From Oopsacas minuta (taxonomy: Eukaryota; Animalia; Porifera): a stretch of DNA of 64,000 nucleotides. Under the pieces are notes generated by a model. It had not been told where the DNA came from, made no database searches, and was given only the letters and a program-made list of their open reading frames with translations. Every line of letters begins with the position of its first letter. Position 1 is the first letter of the stretch. This document shows, one piece after another, positions 39,575 through 50,559 of this stretch. The position numbers and the translations under genes are program-made. The stretch lies in the NCBI GenBank assembly GCA_024704765.1, contig JAKMXF010000363.1:102706-166705 (forward strand), written 5' to 3'.

Positions 39575-41358
39575 CAAACCCAGTGGATCATGTGGCCCCA
39601 TTTTACGGTATGCAGAATGTTTGCCAAAGGGAGATCTGTCTCTTAGGGTCTTACCATCCTTATCATCTAAACTTTAATTGTATCATCTAAATCACAATGA
39701 ATGTGAATAATCTAATACTCTAATGTTTTAATATTGGTTCAAACATGTTCATTTAATTATTAGCCTTAAACACATAACGGAAGGAAGTGAACACAGACTG
39801 TCTCTATCTTAGTAATATTAGTACGACTCACCAGATATTCAAAGGAATACCAAAACAACTTTTCTCACTTCTTTATTTAACATAAATTTCTTATTAGTGT
39901 TAAAGCCAATACCATCCATTATTTAGGCAGAATTTGTATCCACTCTTTCCCAACATTTTTCAAGATATGTATCGCTACCACATTTACGAAAGCATTACAC
40001 ATACTATGAATTAACGCCAGCTGAAACATATCTCAATATATCCTAAAAATTGCATAATCATGAACGATTTGTGATTATAAGTGATAATATGAAATGTACC
40101 AACTTTCTTCTTTACCCTAATGTCGTTCTTTTCAAAATAAAACCCGTAATTTTGAGTAAATGAGGTTTTGTTGGGGTTCGAATACTCTGCTGAATCCTTT
40201 GCTAAGTTAACACTCGTTACCTAGCCGCATATATTCTTTAGGGAACAATTAGTACAGTGGATACCGTTAGAAGAACATTCTTGCCAGTAATAATGTAGGT
40301 TATTATAACCATAATTTATTGTACAGTACTCGCAAGCTCACGCTTGCTATCGCTGCACGTCCTTCGAACATATCGTGTTCGAAGAAGTTACCATTCGGGT
40401 GCCTCCTGTGTTCTGCTTTAGTTAGTAATATTTACTATATACTTATTGAACATTTAACGACTCAATATAGACGTTTCACACGCTACAGCCTAAATCTACT
40501 ATATTTTTCGCATGGTCACATGGTGATTCAATTTGCATTTCGCAATTTTTGCTAAATTTTAAGTTTTGAATATTTTTCTTCATTTTAATTAACCTGTGTT
40601 AGAGGCTAGGACCTGATAGGGCAAGATAATCTCAATTGATACACCCTCGAACTGGTTGGCCAAAAAGATCATTTCACACCCTATCTCAAAGATGTGTGAT
40701 AATCTTGAAATTCTGATGAAAGAATTTGCAATGTTTGTAAATTTTCCTCGTCGTTTGGTACCATTGTCGACCTTTTTTGACCACTGGTTCATACCGAATG
40801 ACTGATGAAAGACAGGCATAGATCCAAACTTACATACCTACAGGTATTCAGACAGAGATTGCTCATTTAATAGTATAGATTTATGAGGACTGTTTTCCTC
40901 AAGATTAATCGTATAACTAGAATGTTCTTATTACCGGCATCCACTGTAATTATTTTGTATGTTTATTTTCCTTCTAACATCATTATTATCTCAAAAATAT
41001 ATTTTAGTGATCCATCAGTGCTTTTCCTCCAGGAAGGCAGACATACATACACTACCGGTTATACAAAATCTTCAAATTTCTGCTACCCTGCCCAAGCTCA
41101 ATTTGAAGAAAATTGCAATTTCTCCCATTCTCAAGAAAACACCTCTCGAGATATACCCACCAACATCCAACTTCCAACCTCGACATCAATGTATGTAATC
41201 TAATTTAATGAATTTACTTCGTTTGCTAGATAATGATGACGTAATATTAATGCGATTAGTATGCACTTTTGTGAAATATTTGGTCAGCTTGTTAGGTTTT
41301 AGTCGTCTACATATTCCATCAAATCTTAAACCCATAATCATATATATTGGCTGAGCAG

Positions 41359-44285
41359 TTGTTAATTAATGAGTGGGACATTAGATTGGCAGATTTCGGT
41401 TATTCCAGGTTCTACAAGGAGAATACGGGAGAGTTCGCTAACAGAAATATCGATATGGAATCCTTAGCGGGCACCCCTGTATTTATGGCGCCTGAAGCTC
41501 TGTATTGTGTGATGTATCCTGGAGGATCATATGACCATACGGTAGACATCTGGTCAGTAGGAGCTCTCCTCTACAGGGTACTAGTAGGGAAGTGTGGGTT
41601 CTTTGCTCCTATACAAGATATTCTTAGAATTCTTAAGGCAAAAGGTGCGTTGCTATATAACTATTCAATGGAATTTACTTAATTATTATTGTTAGGAGAT
41701 GCCATTGCATTTACGCGCCATTCCAGGAAGACAACTTATGTTAGAGAGCTTCCCCCTGAAGTAGATGATATTCTAACACCTGTATTCAAGGATAGAATGA
41801 CGTGGTTAATTAAGAGGTGTTTAGTTGTAGAAGCAACTAATAGAATTACGTATGACGCATTCTTCGAGGTTTGTAATTATAATACAGAGCCAATTCTTAG
41901 CGTCTTTATTAGTGGAGAATTCTGCCATAAATTTTCTTGAATAACAATTTTTGTATAAACTTGAATTATAAGGAGATTTGATATTTGTTATATTGGTCTA
42001 ATTAGACTGTTGACGATCTTGTACAGACTAAGATTCGGTTAGTGTCTGTACACTCCGGTCTGGAGAGTAAGATCCCTTACGGAGATGGTCCTCTACTCCT
42101 CTCAGAGCTTAGGATTGTTATACACACAGACTTTAATATCCAATTGGATAATATTGTAATAATAAGAGACACATTACAGGCAGAATCTACAATTACTGAC
42201 CAATCAGACTTAGACGTTAGTTTGTATTATGTAACCATGGATTAGTGAATAAATTTATTTTAATTTTAGCGTTTTGTAAACTTTTCAAAGTCTCAGCAGT
42301 TTGGAAGTTCCGGTAAAGATCCCAAACTATTTCTGCTGGACCAATCAATTCTCTCACAGATGGACCCTCCTCTCCTTCCCCTCCTGGCCTACGAGGAGCT
42401 GACAGAATTCCTTAAATCTCCAGAAAGGATAGAAGAAGTTCGGACGAGAGATAACATAGAATTTATCCCTCAAATATTCTCTAAGCTTGTCAAGGATATA
42501 GACCTAACAGCTGATTCACAGGCGAGTTCAGTAACCAATCAAATATCTGTGTTTATAATTATCTTAGGTGTCAGGACTTAGCGCCTATATTCAGTATGCC
42601 CTGGGGGCGAAGGAGAGACAAAAATATGAGAGTTAAACTGAATGAGGTGTTAAATCCCCTCAGAATGAGGATTACTTATCTGACCAATCAGCTGACTAGC
42701 TACACAGATTCTCTTAATCTTAGTTACGGAGAGGAATGTGTTAGTTTCAGAGAGATGGCAGCAGAACTGGAATCAATTAGGACACATTTGGAGGATTCAA
42801 TGGCAGAAATAGACGCTGATGTTATCAGGAGACACGGAGCTCTAATGTCCGACACGGAGAGAGCTCCGCCTCTCTCCGTCAGAGATATTATCAAGTCAGC
42901 TGATTGTGTTCATTAGTAGCAATGTTCTAACATTCCTATGTTTGTAGACCGTTACTAGGAGAGTGTAGAGCTCTTAAGAGATTACAGGTGGCAGAACAGC
43001 TGGCCAGAGCTAAGACAATCAGAATAAATATTGAGAACAGACACCAAGACATGAGTGTACAAATACATTACAGACTGAATTCCAATTGTCAAGTTCTGTC
43101 ACAGTTTCAGAACTCGAAAATAGCGCTTTTGGCGCTCGAAAAGGAAATGAAGGTCAGTGGTTGCTGGGTTGATAGAATGGAATGTTATTAATCTATTTTT
43201 AGGAAATTCACTCAATTAAAATTAATTCAATTAACGACAAATTACAGTCTATTTTACTGGCGATTATTCAGACACCTAAACTGACCAATCAGAACCCGGG
43301 GAGCACACAGGACAATTCTGACCAATCACGTCGCTTACAACTGAAATTGTCAGAACTTGAAAGAGAAAATAAACAGCTGATCGAATCTAGCACCAAATTA
43401 AAGGTAGAAAACGAACAGCTGATTGGTCAACTAGACAAGGAGAGAGAAGCTAAACCAATCGTACAAAGTGTGATCGATTCTGCAAATTCTAAGGTGTGAA
43501 ATATTCATATTTAATATCCAGCTAAGGATCCTATCGGTCCCGTTTATAGTAATATTCCTGAGATATCATTGATATATGGAACTAATTAATAGGTTTAGTT
43601 CCTATTCAATTGTGTATAGATAGCAGAATGTAGCTCATGGCTTGATTGGCTGAAAGGAACTTTGGGAGTATTGGAACCGCCATTGGAAGATCAGCTGAGT
43701 GAAGAATTTCAAACAGCTGATTGGGAGCCTACTTTAGGCGCCAGTTGTAGAGAACTTTCTAGAAGTGTACAAAGGTAAGACTATTAATTTGATTGGTTGT
43801 TTAAGCTCATAATTTGATTGGTTGTTACAGATATCCCAGCTCTATGCTAGAACAAATGAAGGCAGAGGTTGGTAGGAAATTGACAAATGAGGAGGCGAGG
43901 GATCCCACGAGCGCTCGGTTTAGTGTTGCAGATTTTAAGAAAGGAAGTTTCGTACTTTTCCTACCGACTAAACCGATGGGACCTTATAAGAGCGTTCCTA
44001 AAGCATTCTGTATTGACAATAAACAATATTTCTTACACAAAGATTGCTACGAATATTTTAAACTGAAACCGGAACAATCTCTCGCGACCTGGCTACTCGG
44101 TAAATATTTCTTGTTGTATATTTATTTGTTTACTTTATGATTACATAATTGTAGGACAAGCTACAGAAGAACCAATCAAAGACACAGCTCATCACGTCTG
44201 TCACTACCCGGCGGGCAGAACTGGAACTGAATTCTTCACAATTCGGGCTAACCTTCATTTCTCCCCAGTTGCTAAGCCTAACTGA
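41359..44285 (+). CDS. RB1CC1-like: Multi-exon gene: TBK1/IKK-like kinase C-lobe + ubiquitin-like domain + ATG17-like helices + coiled coil + ATG11 Claw (RB1CC1/FIP200-like); 5' end unresolved
   Basis: Exons ~41359-41644, 41696-41868, 42006-42215, 42270-~42521, ~42575-42894, 42948-43152, 43203-43493, 43620-43774, 43831-44099, 44155-44285 join in frame (one junction ambiguous). Motifs DFG, GTP.FMAPE, VDIWSVG; LFLLDQSIL..MDPP; QIHYRL; FSVADFKKGSFVLF, YFLHKD, WLLG, GTEFFTIRA. Confidence 0.85.
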
Positions 44286-44416
44286 CCAATCAGATTTTGT
44301 ATTTTTTGAATTTTGAATTTATTTGGATTTGAAAGCTTACTGCAATCCTTAGTTTAAAGCTAGTCGCTGATTGGTTGAGTATAAATACTGTGTTTCTGAT
44401 TAATTTACATTTTAGA

Positions 44417-47400
44417 ATGTCAGATTCCAGAAATAAACATTCACCGCCACTTCCCGAACTAAACAGGACCAGATCTCTATCTCCTCCTGCAGTCAAACTG
44501 GAACGCAAGAAACCGGACGCTCTCAATCTCTCTCCGCAGAGAAATGAACCAGCGACACCCTCCCCTGTCCTCACCCCCATCGGCCCTGGGACAGATGAAT
44601 TGGACACAATTTGGGAGCCCTCAAACACTCTAACCCTCTCCCTCTCTCCTGAGCACGATATGACAGCTCTAAGTCCTCAACATTTAGAGCAGGTAAGTGC
44701 ATAACAACCAAATTACACTCAGAAATGTGATACTATTTAATTTCTGCTTAACTTACAACATGTTATGTGATATCTAGCATGAGTAGGAGTGTGTTCTGAG
44801 GAATGAATTTGATTGGTAGATTAGATAATATCTCATATATGGCGCCTATTTTATATTTGGCTACTAAAGTTCTGATTTGTAAGCAAAGACGGAAATTGAT
44901 TGGTTTAGCTTACAGGTAATTATTTAATAATTCTGACCACTAACTTAGATGTAATCTGATTGGCTATTCAATCAATGGTTTCTGCTTTGTGAATTAATTA
45001 GATTAGAAGTCTAAGATTTCCTTACAAATTAACCTATCAAATTAGTGATATTTGTACAAGCAAGGGTCATTATGCGAGAATATTTATATAATTAGATTAT
45101 TTATTGGTTGTTATCCATGGTTCTATTTATAGATTCTAGAGAAGTTATTAGATCAGAAAGAGAGATTACAAGAACAGCTGAGTGTGCAGGGAGATCAGGC
45201 GCGCTATCTACAGCAAGATCTGAGCAGCTGTACGCGGGAGCGTGATGTGTTGATAGCACAACTTAGTCAGCTGACTCCAGAGCTCTCTAACTCACAGCTG
45301 GAGGACTTGGATGGTTTTAGAACTTGTCCCGAATCCGATCTGTTAGGGATTGAGCCGAGGGCTCGCAAGTTCTGGGACAAATTCCTGAGACTGCGGGGGG
45401 AACTTGAAGGACAGAGGGACATAGTAGGAGAGAGGGACGGGGAGGTTAGGGATCTCCTCAGTGAGAGGAGTAACACTCGGATCCTATTGGAACATTTGGA
45501 GAGACTGGTAGCACGACATGAGAGATCTCTCAGGTCTACAGTAGTTAAGAGGCACACCGCTCAAAATGGAGTAGCATCAGAGGTTTGTTATACATTCCTA
45601 TCTCCCTCTAGCGTAGCTAAGATGTAACTATTCCTTTAAGGTTGAAGTATTAAAGGCCTTGAAATGTCTGTTCGATCATCACAAAACTTTAGACAGAGTT
45701 AAAGACAAACTTAAGACTCAAGTAGCAAGGAATAAAGACCTGGAGGATCAGCTGACTGATTCTATAGCTCAGAGAGAACTCAATCAGCTGGAGAAGTACC
45801 AGAACTATGACGGATTGAGTCAGCTGATTGAGCGGGAGAGGGAGATAGAGGCGTTAAAATTTGAGCTAGATGAGAATAGATTAATTAATGAATCACAGAA
45901 TGAGCAGAGTACACAGGAATTGGAGGAAGCTAGGTAGCCAATCAGATTATACATATCTGCAGAATAATTGAATTTGCATAGAAATTACAAATTCAGGAAT
46001 ATTGCTAGGAACGCTAAGAATGTATTTGATGCATATTTAATATAATATTGGTTGCTAGGGAGATGTACAGCCTGGAGAAAATAAGGTGTGAAGAAGCTAA
46101 CAAAAAGTTAAAAGATCTATACTCACTTCTGACCAGCAAGGAGAGGAATATAAATAAATTGGAGAAACAGGTGATTAAGTGTGAAAAAGACTTAGCAGAA
46201 TTGACACAAGAAGCTAACAGAAGATGTCTGGAACTACAGCGTAAACTGGAACTGATACCTCTTCAGATGTTTGAGCCTAATACTGAGCTGATTGAACCAG
46301 TTAATCAGCTACTAATTGAGTCTAATAATCTATTGACAGAACCCAATAATCTGCTGTTAGATCCTAACAATCAGCTGATTACAGAGAGGAATACCTTGAG
46401 GGAGAGGTTACAAGAAATGGAGGTACAAATGTCAGAGCAGAGAGAAGAACTAGAGAACAAATCAAGTAGTGAAAGACTGATGCAACTCAGATTACAGCAG
46501 ACAGTTGAGAAGTTGTCCCGAGTACAGAGAGACAAAATGGACCTAGAACAGCTGTTACATGAGAACGTATCAATACCCAATCAGAAGAGAGGGTCTAGAC
46601 GTATAAAGAAATCCAACAGACAATCTATACACAATATAATTACAGAAATTAACAGAATGTCAGATGGTAACGGAGATCAGTTGCATCCCTGGTCACAGAA
46701 ACGGCTCATGGATCCTCCCAGACACTCTGAGAGACAGAGACGTAATAGTCCTGACTTAACACCTTATTCCAGCAGGAAGAGCTCTCCCATCGATGAGAAT
46801 AAAGTATCCCCGACAGAGTCTGAGACAGGTGTTAGCGGACTAGGTGCCCCTCTCCGAGAGAGTCATTCTTCACTCTCCGATATAGAAACCGCTACCACAA
46901 TATCTGATACCTCACACATAATAGTGGATGAGTCCCTCCCTGGGAGGACAGAATTGGACCCAGGAGCTCCCAAGCTCTACATGTCCCGCTCCCGAAAGAA
47001 ATCACTCAAGAGGAAGTCCTCTATCCGACGAATCGTCAGTTCCTTTAAAGGAACTAAATCCCCGGGTACAAAAGAGACCCCCTCTTCTCTAGGGGAGTGT
47101 GAGGCCCCGGAAGGGAGACTAGCTAGACTACAGGCCTCAATCTCATTGCTGGAAAGAGAGAACACACAATTCCTGTTATGGTCTCCAGAGGCTCTTCAGG
47201 GGTGGGTAGAGGTGGAGCTAGGTCTACCCGAGTCAGTGGGAGATGCAGTCAGATGGCAATGCAAAACAGTTCCTATGCTCCTGTCAATGGGAGAGAGGGA
47301 CTACGAACAAGAACTGGGAATTCTACAGCCTCTCTTGAGACTCAAACTCATGAAAGCTGTCCAAGAGAGGGTAGCTCACTCTAAGGCTAGTACCCCCTGT

Positions 47401-48194
47401 CTCTTCTCCCCCTACAGAGCTGTTAACCACGAATGGATAGCTTCTCATTGGCTGCCTTCTCTAGGTCTAACTCAGTACAGCAATAATTTCAGGTTTGTTA
47501 TTATTTACTTGTTAGTTAACACGTGTATTTGTTGTTATTTACTATTCTTATTATTAATAGACAATGCTGCGTAGACGGTAGGGTGCTAGAACATTTGTCT
47601 AAGAAGGAACTAAGGACCAGCTTAGGAATGGTTGAGAGTTCCCATAGGAATAGTCTCCAGTACGGAATATTTGCTCTCAAATCTCTCAACTATGACAGGA
47701 ATATTCTAGAAGACAAGCAGAGACAATCAGTCACTGACAGGACAGATCTACCCTTCTGGTCCAACAGACAGATATCATTATGGTTACATTCCATTGGTCT
47801 GGGTGGTTACACGGGTAACATAGAGTCCTCAGGTCTCCACGGAGCTGTCCTATATTTTGATAACTCATATGATTATCATGAGATAGCTATTACTCTACAA
47901 ATTCCTCAGAATGATTCGGTTGCTAGGAAACTACTTAAGGTATCAGTTTCCGATTTAATGTCTCAACAAAAATCTTCCAATTCTGACAAAAAAACTAAGA
48001 GGAAGAGCTTTGTTCTATTCAGGCGGAAGAGTGACGCAGTGAGTCCAAGAATGTCTCCAGAGCCTGAGAGTCAGGACACCGTTACTCCCATGCCCTCTAG
48101 CCCTACTAGGGGACTGGTACCCACTCTCCTAGGACTACACAGCTGTTCGGAAGATGAGGACGATAAGACTAACCCAGTCAAATTTTATTGCTAG
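44417..48194 (+). CDS. PPFIA: Liprin-alpha (coiled coils plus three SAM domains), 5 coding exons
   Basis: ERSNTRILLEHLERLVARHERSLRSTVVKR...SEVEVLKALKCLFDHHKTLD; SAMs W...WVEVELGLP...LRLKL, NHEWI..WLPSLGL.QY, VDGRVLEHLSKKELR, WSN...W..SIGL..Y...SGLHGA. Confidence 0.95.
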
Positions 48195-48265
48195 CTTTTA
48201 AATAAATAATTAAAGTGATTTATTGATTAATAATTTGATTAATAATTTGGTAAATAAACACAAAT

Positions 48266-48506
48266 TTATTTTTTCTTTTTTCCTTTTTCTTTTTTCCTTT
48301 CTTAGTTTCTGTCTTTACAAATCCTGTATAAGTTAGAAAATGTGCAGCATTGTGGCAGACATAATATGCGTCTACAATCTCTGTATGTGTCAGGGGCTCT
48401 TTGGTGGGTCCGGTAGGACCTGAGGACTTCTTTCCTTTTTTGTTTTCTTCTTTCCTGTAACTTTCTTCTTAGGACTCCCAGATCTACCGCGGGCCTTCCC
48501 AGGCAT
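48266..48506 (-). CDS. SMKR1: Small lysine-rich protein 1-like (needs +1 A in homopolymer runs)
   Basis: MPGKARG...KK(frameshift)GKKSSG...EPLTHTEIVDAYYVCHNAAHFLTYTGFVK...KKGKK resembles the SMKR1 core (YYIAHN.A..L...GF). Confidence 0.7.
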
Positions 48507-48653
48507 GCTATTTATAGTAACAATTTATTGTTGTTTACATAACTAAATATGATAACTACAGATAATATCGCTGATAAGAACAATTGGATAGCAAATAACC
48601 GATCATTCAATAAGTACATATCCATGGTTCTTATAACTGGTATACTCTAGATG

Positions 48654-49275
48654 CCGGTATATACTGCTACCGGTATATACTCTTACCGGTATATACTGTT
48701 ACCGGTATATACTGCTACCGGTATATACTGTTACCGGTATATACTGTTACCGGTATATACTGCTACCGGTATATACTGTTACCGGTATATACTGTTACCG
48801 GTATATACTGTTACCGGTATATACTGTTACCGGTATATACTGCTACCGGTATATACTGTTACCGGTATATACTGTTACCGGTATATACTGCCGTCGGTAT
48901 ATACTGTTACCGGTATATACTGTTACCGGTATATACTGTTACCGGTATATACTGTTACCGGTATATACTGCCGTCGGTATATACTGTTACCGGTATATAC
49001 TGTTACCGGTATATACTGTTACCGGTATATACTGTTACCGGTATATACTGCTACCGGTATATACTGTTACCGGTGTATACTGTTACCGGTATATACTGTT
49101 ACCGGTATATACTGCCGTCGGTATATACTATTACCGGTATATACTGTTACCGGTATATACTGTTACCGGTATATACTGTTACCGGTATATACTGTTACCG
49201 GTATATACTGTTACCGGTATATACTGTTACCGGTATATACTGTTACCGGTATATACTGCCCTCGGTGTATTCTGT
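48654..49275. repeat. 16-bp minisatellite (accggtatatactgtt)n, ~39 copies
   Basis: Directly visible; the unit contains the palindromes taccggta and gtatatac. Confidence 0.98.
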
Positions 49276-49347
49276 ATATTTAATATTTGTAATAAATTTT
49301 AATAAGCTATGATACATAAATGATTAAAGCTGCAATTTGATTGGTTA

Positions 49348-49917
49348 CTATACTGGCCATTCTTGTGTAGGCTTTATTGGGGGTAAGAACATATCTATTG
49401 GTGTGTTTGGTTGCTGGGGATCTTGCATCAGAGTTATACCTGTCTCCTCTCTAGTTAGATAGGTCCCTTGTCCTCTTTCACACCTCTTAACAACCATACA
49501 TATCAGGATAACAGCTGATGACGCTATTAACAGTAACATCGATATAAACAGGGGCAGTAGAAATGTTAGGATAGGTGTGAGAAGTGGCAGTTGTGTCGTG
49601 GTGGAATCTATAAATTTTACATAAAATATTTGCAAATAATATAATTTAATAAACTTACTTAAACAGAAATCTCCGCTGTACCTAGTTACGCAAAGGCACC
49701 GAAGGAATGTGTCGTTTTGTGTCTCACAAGCGGCACCGTTGGCACAAGGTGTGAAATCACATGGCGTGGTGATTGGACAAGAATTGAGAGAATAATTAGA
49801 AGCCCGCCCGGACAGGAGAGTAGCAATAGAGAGCTCATTTCCAAACAGAACTACATTCCTTATACAGCCACCTGTAACCATGGGAACGTAAAATATTAAT
49901 ATTATTCTGCAATCCAC
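49348..49917 (-). CDS. Short type-I membrane protein: one EGF-like domain, TM and a Crumbs-like tail
   Basis: PCDFTPCANGAACE...CLC...YSGDFC; hydrophobic TM; tail KRCERGQGTY...PP..TQEWPV; probable intron at ~49610-49660. Confidence 0.75.
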   Translation of the reverse strand: MDCRIILIFYVPMVTGGCIRNVVLFGNELSIATLLSGRASNYSLNSCPITTPCDFTPCANGAACETQNDTFLRCLCVTRYSGDFCLSKFIKLYYLQIFYVKFIDSTTTQLPLLTPILTFLLPLFISMLLLIASSAVILICMVVKRCERGQGTYLTREETGITLMQDPQQPNTPIDMFLPPIKPTQEWPV

Positions 49918-50440
49918 TCAGCCAGCCATTTCAGTCACTTCTCAGCTACTATCCACTAAAAATCAATCCTTCAGAACACTAAAATCTACTTCAAAACAGA
50001 CTTGACTTCCTCCGAGATCGTTCACTGATTAACTAATGCAAGCTCTAGCATCTTCTTAGCCAGTTCAGCATACTCTCATCGACTCACAGCCTTCGAATCC
50101 TTCTACAATCACATCAAAATCCTTCACTGCTATCCATTTCAATCATTTAGTTACTTGAACTTGTCCTGAATGTGTGTTCTATAATACGCAGAAGATACTG
50201 TCGCTCCTTTCCTTATTTTCCTAAAATTCTGAGCCCCCACAGATTCCCAGAATGAATAGAAATAAAAGGAAAACTGAACTGCCTCCATCAACTACTCAAC
50301 TTCCTTCAATCCACTCAGCCAGCCATTTCAGTCACTTCTCAGCTACTATCCAATAAAAATCAATCCTTCAGAACACTAAAATCTACTTCAAAACAGACTT
50401 GACTTCCTCCGAGATCGTTCACTGATTAACTAATGCAAGC
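49910..50440. repeat. 134-bp near-perfect direct repeat (49910-50043 and 50307-50440)
   Basis: caatccactcagccagcc...gattaactaatgcaagc occurs twice. Confidence 0.9.
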
Positions 50441-50559
50441 AAAACTGCCACTGCCTCTGCCTCCATCAAGTACGCTCCTTAAACAATGAGCTTAAGAACA
50501 CCAGCTTGCAAACACCACCTCAGAGCTCTGAACATAGTTTTCCAAAGCCCCTACAAGGA

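Noticed and set aside
39590-40800. Candidate kinase N-lobe pieces (YAECLPKGDL at ~39610; LAKKII...EILMKEF at ~40660)
   Set aside because: Short, without supporting splice sites or G-loop; cannot be distinguished from chance.
48651-49312. 210-aa and 79-aa ORFs
   Set aside because: Translation artefacts of the 16-bp minisatellite.
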